A DNA stretch of 64,000 nt from Thecamonas trahens ATCC 50062 (taxonomy: Eukaryota > Protista > Apusomonadida). The notes under the pieces were generated by a model. The model saw only the letters and a program-made list of their open reading frames with translations, was not told the DNA's origin and did not search any database. Numbering within the stretch: the stretch's first letter is position 1; each line of letters opens with the position of its first letter. This document shows positions 18,239 to 29,267 of the stretch, one piece after another. Both the position numbers and the translations under genes were made by a program. The stretch spans positions 254,801-318,800 of the forward strand of contig NW_013657667.1 in the NCBI RefSeq assembly GCF_000142905.1, in the 5' to 3' direction.

Positions 18239-21200
18239 ATGGAGGGCGACGCTGCCAAGCCCAACGCTTCATCCCCGCAGGTGACGCCCGCCGACGAGGC
18301 GGCACCTGCCGCTGCCGCTGCGGCTGCAGCAGCCGCGGCTGCGATCGCACCGGCGCCGGCCATGTGCCACATCAACATCGAGTACCGCTCGAACCTGGTC
18401 CTGACCAACCTCCAGCTGCCTGCGGCGTCGATGGTCCTCGACCTGCACGGGACGGTCGAGCATGTGGCGGCCCTCGGCCACCTGACGTGCTTTGTCTTTG
18501 AGCTCGACGGCGTGCCGCTCCTCCCGTACACACCGCTGAGCGAGCTGGGCGTCTCGTGCGACGCCGATGCGCCGTCGACGGTGGTCATTGTCGAGGACCT
18601 GTACGACCAGGTCTCGGCGCTCGCCCATGTCAAGCGCGTCTACGACCTAATGGCCCCGCTCGACGAGTTTGGCCTTCGCTCTTTGCCGGCTCGTCGCTCT
18701 CGTCGTCGCCGGCCTCGCTCAAGGTCGGCTCGCCATCGGTCCTTGCTGCGCTTGACGCCTCGTTCAACCTCTCCAAGGCGCTCGAGCCGGTGGTGACCGG
18801 GACTGAGGGCGATGAGGAGAAGCGGCGCGCCACTAAGCTCGCCAAGCTGTTCGAGTCGGCCGCTGCTGCTGGCATTCCCACGTCGACCAACAAGGGCAAG
18901 GGTAAGGGCAAGGGCAAGGGCAAGGGCAAGGGCAAGGGCAAGGGAAAGGGCAAGGCCTCGGAGCTTGCCATGAAGCGTGCCAAGACCTCGACCTACATCG
19001 CTATGTCTGGCTACAACCCTCCGCCGCAGAGCCGCGCCATGCAGGGCGATCTGTTCTACCTCGAGGTGACGACGCCCGAGGCTGTCGTCCACGTCACCGC
19101 CAACCCGTTCGGTTTCTACATTAACGGCTCCTCGCGTATGGCCTTTGACCCCGAACCGATCAAGGGTCCCCGCTCCGGTCAGGCCCACTCGCTCTTTGAG
19201 CTCCTCAGCTCGATCTCGTCCTCCTTCCGTGCCCTCTACAACACCCGCATCACCGAGGGTCAGCTCGTCCTCGAGTCCGGACTTGCCCCGTACCCCACCT
19301 TCTCGTGGACCGCCCGCCCGGCCGAGCACACTTTTGACCCGACCCGGGCCGACGAGCAGCTCAACAAGAGCGTCAACGACTTTGCCGCCGGCCAGATCCG
19401 CGACTGGAACGAGGAGTTCCAGGTCGCCCGCTCGCCGCAGCCCGGCATGGCTGCCGGCTCCACCGAGGCTGCCGTCATGCAGGACGTCATGTACTCGCGC
19501 GCCCTCGCCGACTTTGTCGAGGCCGCTACCCTCGGCGCCAAGACCATCGTTTTCAACCTCAACTCGCTTCCGCCGCTCAACCCAACCGAGCCGCCGCACA
19601 AGCACCTTTTCCTCCTCGGCAAGATCTTCTACCAGCTGCCGGGCCGCACCATGGCCGCCACCCGTGACGCCATTGTCAACGACGACGTCGAGGCCGAGCA
19701 GGCCTTCAACGACCTCGCCGCCGTCCGCCTCTACACCGCCGCCGTCCCCGACGGCCTCCACACTGTCGGCACGGTTGTCATTCGCTTCCGCGGCCACCTC
19801 GTTGTCGCCCAGACCATCATTCCGGGCGTCTTTACCGGCGACTGGTCCGACAAGCTCCTCTGCGGCTCGACTGAGCCGTCGCAGCCGTTTGCCTGGCGCG
19901 ACGACGAGTTTATCGCCAAGATGAACGACGCCGCCGAAAAGCTCCACATTGCCGCGCGCTCTGTTGTCGACGGCGCCGGCGAGACCGTCACCACTTCGGC
20001 CTCGCTCGAGACAAAGGGCATCAAGGGCACCGACGGCCGCTACTACATCATCGACCTTGGCGGCGCCCTGCCACGCGACACAAACTGGCTCGACAACACG
20101 GCCAACTCCAACATCGTCCACACACCCAAGGCCCTCCACATGTTCCTCGCCTCGCGCACCCTCCAGCACCGAATCGAGTACACCCGCAAGCACGTTGCCG
20201 CCCGCTCGGCCGCTGCCGGCGACGCTGACGCGCCTGCCGACGCCGACCCCAATGCGCCTGCGGCCGACAACGCCGAAGTCGCCCCTGCTGCCGGCGACGC
20301 TGTTGCTGAAGCCAAGGCTGCCGCCGAGGCCAAGGCCGCCGCCGACGCGCCCGCGCCCGAGGCCGGCGAGCCCACTGGCGAGCCTTCCGCCGAGCTGCCC
20401 GAGTTTGAGCCGCTCGAGCCAATGCTGTTCAACGTCAACCTCTTCCGCTCGGTCTCGTTCCCCGACGCCGACGCCGAGCTTATCGAGGCCGACAAGGCCA
20501 ACCTGGAGGCTCTCGGCGCCTTTGTCAACGATCAGGTCGTTCCGACCGTTGTTAAGAAGCTGCTCTCGGTCGAGCGTCCGTCGAACGCGGTCGCCCTCGC
20601 CGACATGATGGCCGACTACGGCTTGCAGCCGCGATACCTCGGCCGCGTCCGTGCCCGCATCCCGACCCAGGCCGCAGTCGCCGTCAAGCTCGTCACCACC
20701 GAGATGGTCGTCACCGTCGCTGCCGACGTCTACAACGTCCTCGTCCGCGACGTCCCCGCTCACGTTCTCGGCGCCTCTACCGCCCACTTCCTCAACTGCC
20801 TCTTCTCGACCTCGTCGCTCTCCGCTGACGATGCTCCGGTCATGGTCCGCAAGGCCCGCGCCGCCACCCGCGCCGCCGCCGCCCGCCGCCTCGCGCTCGC
20901 TCACGGCAAGACCGTCTCCCTGGACGACGTCGTCTTTATGGGTGAGCTCACGCGCACCTCGCTCTGGGAGCTCCTCAACGCCCGCGGCGTCGCCCACTTT
21001 GGCGTCGAGCTGTTCCCGGCGCCTGCCGAGGGCGACGACTCGCCGGCGTACATCCTCTCTAACGACACTTGGTCCGGCGAGAATGCCTTTGACTCGCTCC
21101 GTTCGTTCTGCGAGAAGACCGGCCTGCAGCTCAACGCCGCTGCCCCGCTCGCTATCAAGGAGCGCGTGCCGTTCACCCCCGCCCACATCCTCGACCTCCA

Positions 21201-22164
21201 GCCGCGCGTCTACTTTAACCGTGACACCGCCACAACCAACGACACCCTCGACCGTGCCACCAAGGCGCTCCAGCATGGCAAGCCCGAGCTCGCCGTCCGC
21301 TACCTTCGCCTCGTCCAGGACGTCTGCCTCCGCCGCACCGGCTCGCTGCTGAGTGAGGACATGGCGCGCTGCTTCACCCTCCTGGCCATGATCGAGCTCC
21401 AGGCCGGTGAGGCCGTCTCGGCTGTTCACCTTGCCCGCAAGTCGGTTGTCATCGCCGAGCGGGTCACCGGCGTCGCCTCGGATGTCACCGCCCGCGCCTA
21501 CCACATCCTCGGCTCGGTCGCCCACGCCCTCAAGAAGCCGCTCGAGGCCTTCAAGTACCTGCTGCGCGCCCGCAACATCCTGGAAGTCGTCACTTCGATC
21601 CCCTCGGTCAATCTCGCCGACATCGACCAGGCCCTCGCGTCGGCCCTCCTCGACCTCCAGCTCCCGCAGGTCGCACGCATCTACGCCACCAATGCCCTCT
21701 TCATCTACGAGTCCATCTTTGGCGGCGGCGCACGCGTCCTCGCTGACCCCATCCGCATCCTCGCCCAGGCCTACCAGGGCTGCGGCCAGTTCGACCAGGC
21801 CGCCAAGCTCGAGCGCGCCCGCCACGACATCATCCGCAGCATGTTCCCGCAGGAGCACCAGGTTGTCATCGAGTCGCGTAACTTTATCGCCACCTGCCTC
21901 CGCCACCACATCGACCGCGCCCAGAAGCAGGATTCGGAGCGCCGCGCCATCGAGGCCTCCATCGCCAAGATCGACGCCGGCGAGGTCGACTCGCTCACCG
22001 ACGCCGAGTCCATCGAGTTCCTCACCCGCGCCGCCGCCGCCGGCGTCAACCTCTCCTCGCTCCCGCTCAACGCCAAGGTTGACTACGTCACCGGCAACAG
22101 CCAGAATCAGGGCAAGGGCAAGGGTAAGGGCAAGGGCAAGAAGGCCAAGTCCAACCGCAAGTAA
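18239..22164 (+). CDS. CLUH: Clustered mitochondria protein (CLU1/CLUH), with an apparent frameshift at ~18668-18676
   Basis: N-terminal EDLYDQVSALAHVKRVYDL (ORF 18041) joins ORF 18556, which has SGYNPPP...GDLFYLEV, RDWNEEFQ, AQTIIPG, KGIKGTDGRYYIIDL and C-terminal TPRs. Confidence 0.9.
18891..18954 (+). repeat. Coding hexamer repeat (AAGGGC)n encoding (KG)n; a second copy lies at ~22111-22140
   Basis: Direct inspection of the sequence. Confidence 0.9.
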
Positions 22165-22314
22165 ATCGCTTGACATTCGTCGTCTCGAGCCGCGTCCGTC
22201 TCTTTGCCGCCGTCACCCATGTCCGGCACTCGCCTTCACCGCCGTCGTCGACTCCGAGCGCTCACCCGGCAGGCAGGACCCCACTCCTCTCCCCCTCCCC
22301 CCTCCCCCCTCTCC

Positions 22315-24483
22315 ATGGCGGCCCGGACTCCGTCGCGGCGCTCAGGCCACTCGGCACAATTTGACCCGCAGTCGGGCGTCATGGTCGTTCTCGGTGGCTA
22401 CCGCCCGCCGCGGGTCCGCTTCACCGACCTCCATTGTCTCTCGGTCCACACCGTCGAGTGGGAGGTGGCAGCCGGCGCAGACAAGCCGCGCTCACCGGAA
22501 GCATCCTCGCCAGGCTCCTCCGCTCCGCCCCCCACCACAGGAGCGCCTGTGGCTGGAGGACATGGCTTCAACAACATGCTCCCGGACCTCCTCGCCCACA
22601 TCCTTAACGCCGGCGCCGCGGGCCTGGCCGCCAACAACGAGCTGCAGACCGCTCTCAGCGAAGCTGCAGCGGCATCGGCCGAGGCCGAGGCTGGTCGCGA
22701 TGCCCGGCCGGTGCGCTACTGGATGGAAGATGAGAGCGACGACCCTGCGCCATCGTCACTCATCTCGCACACCTCGGTGCTGGACGGCGCCATCTTGCTC
22801 TCGTTTGGTGGCTCGGACGTCGACTTTGGCCTGTCGTCGTCGGCAGCCTTTCATGCCGTTTCGCTGGCGGCCATGCTCCGGCCAGACTCGAGCCACGACC
22901 GCATGATGTGGCGCTCGGTGGCACTGACGCCACTGGTGCCCATCGAAGCCGATCCGCCGTACCCCGGGCTTGACGGCGTCGCCCGCGAGCCGCTGGCGCC
23001 CGAGCCGAGCTACGGCTCGACCTTGGTCCTTCGCCCGGACACTCTCGAGTTGTATTTGTTTGGCGGAACTTCGGGCCGCAACTTTTTCTCCAACCTCTAC
23101 TGCCTCGACGCCGCGGCGTCGACCATTCAGATGCTGGTTCCACCGTACCGCGGCGCCGACCCGTTGGCCGCCATGGCTGCAGGCCAGCCGGTTCCACCCT
23201 GTGCACCACACGGCCGTTATCGTGCTGCAGCCATTGCCACCCACACTCACATGTGGATTGTCGGCGGTGGTGCCGTCTCACCTCTCGTCTTTCTCCGCCT
23301 CTCCGACATTGACATGCCGCCATCCTTCCGTCGACGCTTTGGGTGGAGCATCGACGAGGACGACATCATGGAGACGTTCTTCCAAGTTCCGACGTCCGTC
23401 CCGGTCGCCATCTCTATGTACACGTACGAGTTTGCCACCCGTGAGTGGCGGCGCATCGTCCCCCCGAGTCTGACCGGGCGAGGTCTGCCGACCGACGACG
23501 AGGTTGCCAGCCCGTCTAACCCGACGCGGCCGCAGCAGCCGATGCCACGGCGGTGTCACTCGCTGTCGTACGATTCAGTCCGCAACGTCGGATACATGTA
23601 TGGTGGCACTACCGGCTCCGTCGTTCTCGACGACCTGTGGCAGCTGGATCTGGCGACCGGCGCTTGGTCCTGTCTCATTGCGCCTTCAACGCTGCCCGAA
23701 CCCGAGCCGGCCGCCGACGGCGAGCCCGGCGTCGCAGCCCTTGTTCTCGACGATGACCTCGACGACGGTTTGGGCGAATACGACTATGAGTACGGCACAG
23801 ATGACGATGAGAGCGACGACGCCGGCTCGGATGAGTACGACGAGTACTCCGAGTCGGCCGGCTCGTTTGAAGGTGACGAAAGTGTTCTCAACAACGTCCA
23901 GGGCTTGCTCGATGCCGTGGCTCCGGGAGGCTTTGGTCCGATGACGCCCCCCGGCTCTGGTCAAGGCGCTGCCGCCTCGTTTACAGCTGGTGCTGTCGAC
24001 GCTGCCTATGACGCTGCCTCTCCCGGCCCTGCGCCCACCCTTGACGACGCGAGCCGCGCTCGGATCCACGGCGCCATCCACATCCCCACCGGCCCCGGTC
24101 TCCCGCCGCCGACCTACTTTCACTCGTCGGTTTACGATTCGTATACTCAGCGGCTGGTTCTGTTTGGTGGCTGCCTTGACAACGATGGCAACAATCAGTC
24201 GTCGCTCCGCCGGACCAACAAGGTCTCGGTCGTCCAGATTGGGGTGCCGTCGCTCGAAGCGCTGGCGACCACCGCCGTCGCTTGCGCTGCCCAGGACCTG
24301 AGACTCACCCGCGACTCGCTAGCCGGAGTTCTCCCGTCGCGGATCCTTGACCGGATATTTGCCCTTGCCCCGCCTCTGGGTGCGGTCCAGCCTGCCATAG
24401 ACGATAGCGCCAGGCACGAGGCGGCGTCGACCGCCGGCCAGCCCCCCGGCGAGACAGCTGGCGCGGCCACACTGCACTCATGA
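22315..24483 (+). CDS. Kelch-repeat protein (KLHDC10-like) with acidic insert and C-terminal BC-box-like motif
   Basis: Kelch motifs RRSGH...VLGG, LYLFGGTSG, PRRCHS...MYGGTTG...DLWQLDL and YFHSS...LVLFGG. C-terminal VPSLEALA. Confidence 0.78.
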   Translation: MAARTPSRRSGHSAQFDPQSGVMVVLGGYRPPRVRFTDLHCLSVHTVEWEVAAGADKPRSPEASSPGSSAPPPTTGAPVAGGHGFNNMLPDLLAHILNAGAAGLAANNELQTALSEAAAASAEAEAGRDARPVRYWMEDESDDPAPSSLISHTSVLDGAILLSFGGSDVDFGLSSSAAFHAVSLAAMLRPDSSHDRMMWRSVALTPLVPIEADPPYPGLDGVAREPLAPEPSYGSTLVLRPDTLELYLFGGTSGRNFFSNLYCLDAAASTIQMLVPPYRGADPLAAMAAGQPVPPCAPHGRYRAAAIATHTHMWIVGGGAVSPLVFLRLSDIDMPPSFRRRFGWSIDEDDIMETFFQVPTSVPVAISMYTYEFATREWRRIVPPSLTGRGLPTDDEVASPSNPTRPQQPMPRRCHSLSYDSVRNVGYMYGGTTGSVVLDDLWQLDLATGAWSCLIAPSTLPEPEPAADGEPGVAALVLDDDLDDGLGEYDYEYGTDDDESDDAGSDEYDEYSESAGSFEGDESVLNNVQGLLDAVAPGGFGPMTPPGSGQGAAASFTAGAVDAAYDAASPGPAPTLDDASRARIHGAIHIPTGPGLPPPTYFHSSVYDSYTQRLVLFGGCLDNDGNNQSSLRRTNKVSVVQIGVPSLEALATTAVACAAQDLRLTRDSLAGVLPSRILDRIFALAPPLGAVQPAIDDSARHEAASTAGQPPGETAGAATLHS

Positions 24484-24605
24484 GCAGCGCGGCAAGTGAA
24501 CCCGCGTCGAGCGAGAAGCCGAGCGAGAAGCCGAGCTTTGGGGAGGGCATCAAGCGCATCCTTGAGTAAGTTGGGCAGGTAGTGTGATATTATGTGATGT
24601 TATGT

Positions 24606-24672
<67 letters not shown>

Positions 24673-24986
24673 TGCTCACACCGGCGGCGGACGTGGCGTG
24701 GGCGGCGTGTGGGCGGGACGGACCGAGGAAGCATAGCGAACCGGACAATGCACCTGTGGTGCGGCGGCTGCTGACCACGTCTGCAGCCATGGTTGTGGTC
24801 CCACTGGGTGTGCTGTATGCGGTGCGGTACGGCGTGCTGCCGGCAATGGTTCCAGACATCACCGACTCGGACGCCACCCTCTATGGCGGGCTGGCGGCGG
24901 TGGTGTCCGTCAACGCTGTCATTGCGGTGTATGCATACCTGGCATACCTTGACGATGATTCCGATGCGCGCCGCAAGCGGATGTAA
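24480..24986 (+). CDS. VMA21: V-ATPase assembly factor VMA21; exons 24480-24565 and 24737-24986
   Basis: ATG 24480 MSSAASEP...KRIL, GTAAGT intron to TAG 24736. Two TM helices, VVRRLLTTSAAMVVVPLGVLY and LYGGLAAVVSVNAVIAVYAYLAY. Basic C-terminus RRKRM. Confidence 0.8.
24608..24671. repeat. (TG)32 microsatellite inside the VMA21 intron
   Basis: Direct inspection of the sequence. Confidence 0.97.
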
Positions 24987-25004
24987 GTGCGGCCGATGGT
25001 CCCT

Positions 25005-25604
25005 TTATGCGGCGTCGTCGGCAGCAGAGACGCGGTCTGCAGCATCGTCCGGCGGTAGCTGCCCACTTGCCGCCAGGGCGTCATGCAGTGCTGAGGCAAA
25101 GGCATCGAGGGCAACAACCTCGCCGTGGACCTTGGTGTTGAGCTCCTTGAGCTTGTTGAGATTGGCAGTCGAGAACGCGTCGGTGGCCAGGCCGTGATCG
25201 ACGTAGTGGACGACTTGGCGCGGGACGGTGGACGTCAGCTCTGCTGCTGCGGTATCGATGTCTGCGTACAGTTGAATGATCGAATTGCTGTCCAGTAGTA
25301 GAGGGAGAAGTAGAAGATGTGAGTGGAAGGCGGCAGCTGTAGCTGTAGCCGCGAAAGCGAAGGCACTTGCAGATCGCCCCGCCCCCTTCCCCCTCCTCCC
25401 GTCTCCCCCCCTCCCCCCTCTCCCCCTCCCCCTCCCCCACCATCGTCATTTCCCAACCTACATCCGCGCATTCAAAGCCATCTGCGAGCCCTCTCCCTGG
25501 AACTCCTCGACAGTGACGGTCACCTGGCGAAGTTCTTCCATGACGTTGTCCACCATGCCCAGGGCAGCTTCCAGCCGCTGGCCCTCGCTCTCGCTCTCGG
25601 CCAT
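25005..25604 (-). CDS. MED10: Mediator subunit 10 (Nut2); exons 25604-25462 and 25287-25005
   Basis: Not present as one ORF in the track. Spliced product MAESESEGQRLEAALGMVDNVMEELRQVTVTVEEFQGEGSQMALNARINSIIQLYADID...TVPRQVVHYVDHGLATDAF...NTKVHGEVVALDAFASAL matches the MED10 pattern (L..I.....FQ...Q..LN...; VP..V..Y.D.G; N..VKGK). GTAGGT/CAG intron. Confidence 0.85.
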
Positions 25605-25609
25605 GAGCA

Positions 25610-25720
25610 AGACAGCAGACAGCAGACAGCAGACAGCAGACAGCAGGCCACAGCCACCAGCCACCAGTCAACAGCAACCAGCCACCAGCCAACAGCAACA
25701 ACCACGCACCAGCAACCAGC
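25610..25720. repeat. Heptamer tandem repeats, (AGACAGC)5 then degenerate CAGCCAC units, in the MED10/PPTase divergent promoter
   Basis: Five perfect copies at 25610-25644, followed by CAGCCAC/CAGCAAC variants. Confidence 0.85.
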
Positions 25721-25824
25721 CAGGCCTCTTCTGTCTCTCCTGTGTCTCTCCTCCCCGCCGACTGGTCAGAGCGAAGTGTGCGTCTCTGCCACCGCTCTCT
25801 CCCCCCCCCCCCCCCTCCCTTCTC

Positions 25825-26727
25825 ATGGCTGCTCAAGCTCCCCTCCCCCTCCCCCTCCTCCTCCTCCACGCCGTCGACTGCACAGGCTGGGAGCCCTCGC
25901 CTCACACATGGGTCGCTGTCACCGCCGCCCTCGACCCCATAGAGGCCGCCCGTATTGCACGCTTTGTCTTTCCTCGTGACGCCCGGGCATCGGCTTGTGG
26001 CCGTCTGCTGCTGCGCCTGCTGCTGGCCACGGTGCTGGCTGGGAACGAGGCCGATCCTTGTGGCCTGGATCTGGTGCTGCATCGAACTGAGCGCGGCCGG
26101 CCGCAGCTGGCTGATCCGGCGCCCGGCGTCGACGCCAACATCTCCCATCACGGCAGGTGGGTCGTCGGCGCTGCGATCGGGTGTGGGTCGGATGCACCCG
26201 ATGCGCGAGTCGGCATTGATGTTGTCACGCTCGCAGTCCGCGGCCTCGATTGTAACGCCTCGGAGACAGACGCACTGAGCGCTGTCGAGACGTACCTGAC
26301 CGACTTTGCATCGGTGTTGACGCCTGCCGAGCGCGCTGCGCTCCGCTCGCCAAAGCTAGGCTGGCGGGCAAGAGTCAAGACCTTCTTCATTACCTGGGCG
26401 GTCAAGGAGGCGATTGTCAAGGCGCTCGGCGACGGTCTGGCCTACGGTCTGGCCAACATTGACGTCGCCTTGGCCGACGGTGGCGTATTAGCTGATATGG
26501 AGCTGACACGTGGTGTCGTCGAGCCACTGCAACTGAGCATCACTCTCTCCGGCAAGGTTGCCGACGGTTGGGCGTTTGCCGTTGGCGCACTGCCGACAGA
26601 CGATGAGCTTGTCGGCGACTATGGTGCATCAGTAGTGGCACTTGCGGTGCAGAGCGCCGACATGCTTCCACCAGAGCCCATCCCCATGGTCATGCACCAT
26701 GCCGCTGATTTGCTGCAGAGTCGGTAA
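25825..26727 (+). CDS. AASDHPPT: Sfp-type 4'-phosphopantetheinyl transferase (AASDHPPT/Lys5-like)
   Basis: Motifs RIARFVFPRDARASACGRLL, RTERGRPQL, NISHHGRWVV, VGIDVV and WAVKEAIVKALGDGL. ATG at 25825. Confidence 0.88.
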   Translation: MAAQAPLPLPLLLLHAVDCTGWEPSPHTWVAVTAALDPIEAARIARFVFPRDARASACGRLLLRLLLATVLAGNEADPCGLDLVLHRTERGRPQLADPAPGVDANISHHGRWVVGAAIGCGSDAPDARVGIDVVTLAVRGLDCNASETDALSAVETYLTDFASVLTPAERAALRSPKLGWRARVKTFFITWAVKEAIVKALGDGLAYGLANIDVALADGGVLADMELTRGVVEPLQLSITLSGKVADGWAFAVGALPTDDELVGDYGASVVALAVQSADMLPPEPIPMVMHHAADLLQSR

Positions 26728-27814
26728 AGTGCTCCAACTTGTGGACAAAGGCCATCCGCTGGCTCTCAAGCGAGAGCGACGGTCTTGCTGCGTCCTGCAT
26801 CCACCACAGCGGTGCCGGGATCATAGTCGAAGAGAACGAAGCGCTTGCCGCGGCCGAGCTACTACTCCTCGCGTTGGCGCTAAAGGCAATGACGTCGGCG
26901 ATGCGGGTACCCAGCGCGGAGATCGCGATCTCGATATGGCGTGGCTTGTACCACGGCGGAAGAATGGCGTCGGGCACCTCGTAGTCGGGAAGGAGAAAGA
27001 GGAACACCCGAGTGGCAAAAACTTCCACAGGAACGCCCGTGGCACGGCTCAGTGCATGCAACGGGTTCCTTGCGATGAGCGCTAGCGCTCGGAGCTCGGG
27101 GATGAGGATGACAGCCCGAAGCGCAGCAGCAGACAGCGGACGGGCGGCCAGCCGTGCAGCAAGCTCCATGGACGCGAGGGAGGCATGGAACGACACAAAG
27201 ACGCCCGGAAGTCGGCTTTCCCACTCGGCAATCACCGCGCGCGCCATTCGCCTCGCGCGCAGAAGCGTGCGCTCGCGGTCGTCGTCCTTGGTGGCGACGC
27301 CAAGCGCCCTGCGGATGACAGACGCCACACAATCTATGGCGACAGCGTGCAGCCGAACGGTACTGTCCTGCTCGGCCGGAACAACGTAGCCGGCTCTCGC
27401 CACATCTTTCTGGATGCCTCGGTCGGCAGTGGAGGCAAGGGCGGCGACGATGGCCTCGTCCGGGATGTTGCGGTGCGAGTCGAGAAAGAGCGGGCGAAGG
27501 ACTGGATGGGAGATAGCCGGCGCCCATCCGGACCACGATGGGTTCGCTGCCTGGTCCTCGGACGCCCGCTCTAGCCTGTTCAAAAAGCTAAGCACTCGTC
27601 CCGCAGCCTCTGATCGCCTCGCACCGCGGGCGGCGTCGGCGGCCGCCCGGAGCTCGACGCGAGCTGAGAGCTCATCCGGCGCGAGCATGCACTGCGTGCC
27701 CGCGGAGGCGCACCGGTCGCATGCCTCACCGCCAGACGGCTTCATACATACTGTGTAGTCGGCAAAACAGAGCGCACACGGTGGCGCAACCCGTTGCCCG
27801 CTTCCAGAGGCCAT
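26690..27814 (-). CDS. Protein with an N-terminal Zn(II)2Cys6 (GAL4-type) cysteine pattern
   Basis: CALC-FADYTV-C-MKPSGGEA-CDRC-ASAGTQ-C gives CX2CX6CX8CX2CX6C. ATG at 27814. Confidence 0.65.
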   Translation of the reverse strand: MASGSGQRVAPPCALCFADYTVCMKPSGGEACDRCASAGTQCMLAPDELSARVELRAAADAARGARRSEAAGRVLSFLNRLERASEDQAANPSWSGWAPAISHPVLRPLFLDSHRNIPDEAIVAALASTADRGIQKDVARAGYVVPAEQDSTVRLHAVAIDCVASVIRRALGVATKDDDRERTLLRARRMARAVIAEWESRLPGVFVSFHASLASMELAARLAARPLSAAALRAVILIPELRALALIARNPLHALSRATGVPVEVFATRVFLFLLPDYEVPDAILPPWYKPRHIEIAISALGTRIADVIAFSANARSSSSAAASASFSSTMIPAPLWWMQDAARPSLSLESQRMAFVHKLEHFTDSAANQRHGA

Positions 27815-28088
27815 GCGGGCGAGGGCGGGACGCGGCGCACGGGGAAAGGGTGGGGTGGCGGGACGAACGAGCAGGCGCCGCTTGTGGCCGACCAGACGTG
27901 TCCGAGGGTGAAGAGGGATGAAACGTATCGGCTGCAATTGCGGGGCAGGGAATGGGTCTGGGGATGAAAGAAATGGTATGATATGTGGTACTGATAGTCG
28001 ATCGGGCGCGGTTACTGGGTTGCGCAGTGTGTGGTCGGGAAACTGAACGTGAGGGAGGGAAGGAAGGCCATGTCAATGGCATTCATGA

Positions 28089-29267
28089 CTAGGAGGGGAG
28101 CGATGGCACGCCATCAGTCACAGTAGCGACCTCGACCTTGAGCTTGGCGTTAGTCCGCAGATCTTCGACGGCGCTGACGATGGTCTCGTTGACTGGGGTA
28201 AACTCGAGGCCGAGCTCGCGGACCTTGGTGTTGTCGAGGTGGCAGACCTTGGAAAGGTTGGTGCGGAGGTAAGAGCCAACAGCCTTTGGCTGAAAGTATG
28301 ACGCCATCTTGGTGAGGCCGGTTCCGATCTTGCACGAGAGGTCGCGCTTGGGCAGCGGATGGTCCGGGTACTTTGTCTTGAGTAGGGCGACGGTGTCGGC
28401 CATGGAAATGGCATCGTGCGCGGTGAGGTAGCGGCCCTGGGCGGCCGGGTTGGTCAGTGCAAGCGTGTGGGCATGGGCGACGTCGTGGACATGGACAAAG
28501 CACCAGTTGAGATCCATGGTTGCGGGATACTTGCCGTCCATGATATCGCGCAGGATGCCGTTAGAGGTGTTGACTGCAGGGCTCGGCTCGGGCCCGACAA
28601 TGACAAACGGGTTGATGACAACGAGGTCAAAGTTGACGGCCGCCGGTGGTGGCGGCGTCTCGATAAGACCGTCGGTGGGCAGGTCAGGCAGCGGAATGGG
28701 TGAGCCGACAAACTTCCAGGCCTCTTTCTCGGCGAGAGCCTTGGAGGCGTAGTACGGGTTGCGCGCAACGGTCGACTTGACGTTCCAGTCGGTCTCGGTG
28801 TAGACGTGGCCATTGTCGGGTGAGTCGGTCACCGCCGCCATCGACGAGGTGAGAACGACACGGGCGACCGAGGGCGAGGCAGCGGCGGCGGCGAGGGTGT
28901 TGTACGTGCCCATGACCGCCGGCCGGAGCAGCTCCTCGACGGGATCGTTGACATCGAGCACGTACGGCGAGGCCGTGTGCATGACTGCAGCAGTGCCTGC
29001 CGCGGCGGCAGTCAACGCCTCGACGTCGTCGAGCTCGGCCGGCACAAGCTCGAGCGTGAGCTCGGGGTACTTGTCGGCGAGCGCACGGAGGTGGGCCGTC
29101 TTGGACTCGTTGGCCAGGCTCGACGGGCGGAGGGTGCCACGGACCGAGTAGCCGGAGGCAAGGAGGTCGGCGACGACGTGGGTAGCGAGGAAGCCATTGG
29201 CTCCTGTGACGAGAATGAGTGAGCCCGGCGGTGGCGGGAGTGGCGAGGCGGAGGCAGAGGCGGACAT
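28089..29267 (-). CDS. NAD(P)-dependent extended SDR (dihydroflavonol reductase/aldehyde reductase/Gre2-like)
   Basis: Motifs LVTGANGFLA, HTASP, VVLTSSMAA, YYASKALAEKEAW and VHVHDVAHAH. ATG at 29267. Confidence 0.9.
   Translation of the reverse strand: MSASASASPLPPPPGSLILVTGANGFLATHVVADLLASGYSVRGTLRPSSLANESKTAHLRALADKYPELTLELVPAELDDVEALTAAAAGTAAVMHTASPYVLDVNDPVEELLRPAVMGTYNTLAAAAASPSVARVVLTSSMAAVTDSPDNGHVYTETDWNVKSTVARNPYYASKALAEKEAWKFVGSPIPLPDLPTDGLIETPPPPAAVNFDLVVINPFVIVGPEPSPAVNTSNGILRDIMDGKYPATMDLNWCFVHVHDVAHAHTLALTNPAAQGRYLTAHDAISMADTVALLKTKYPDHPLPKRDLSCKIGTGLTKMASYFQPKAVGSYLRTNLSKVCHLDNTKVRELGLEFTPVNETIVSAVEDLRTNAKLKVEVATVTDGVPSLPS

Noticed and set aside
18640-22176. 1178-aa antisense ORF opposite CLU (also 49994-52315, 42854-44002, 39621-41063, 58470-59489 and many others)
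   Set aside because: Shadow ORFs. Strong C/G third-position bias removes stops from the antisense frame, the translations have no recognisable motifs, and the opposite strand encodes a conserved protein.
24594-24736. Poly-(CV) N-terminus of ORF 24594..24986 and the poly-(HT) antisense ORF
   Set aside because: These are translations of the intronic (TG)32 microsatellite.
25825-29267. PPTase + Zn2Cys6 + reductase as a fungal-style secondary-metabolite cluster
   Set aside because: There is no PKS/NRPS or transporter nearby. The PPTase looks like the housekeeping AASDHPPT type and the flanking genes are housekeeping (MED10, VMA21).
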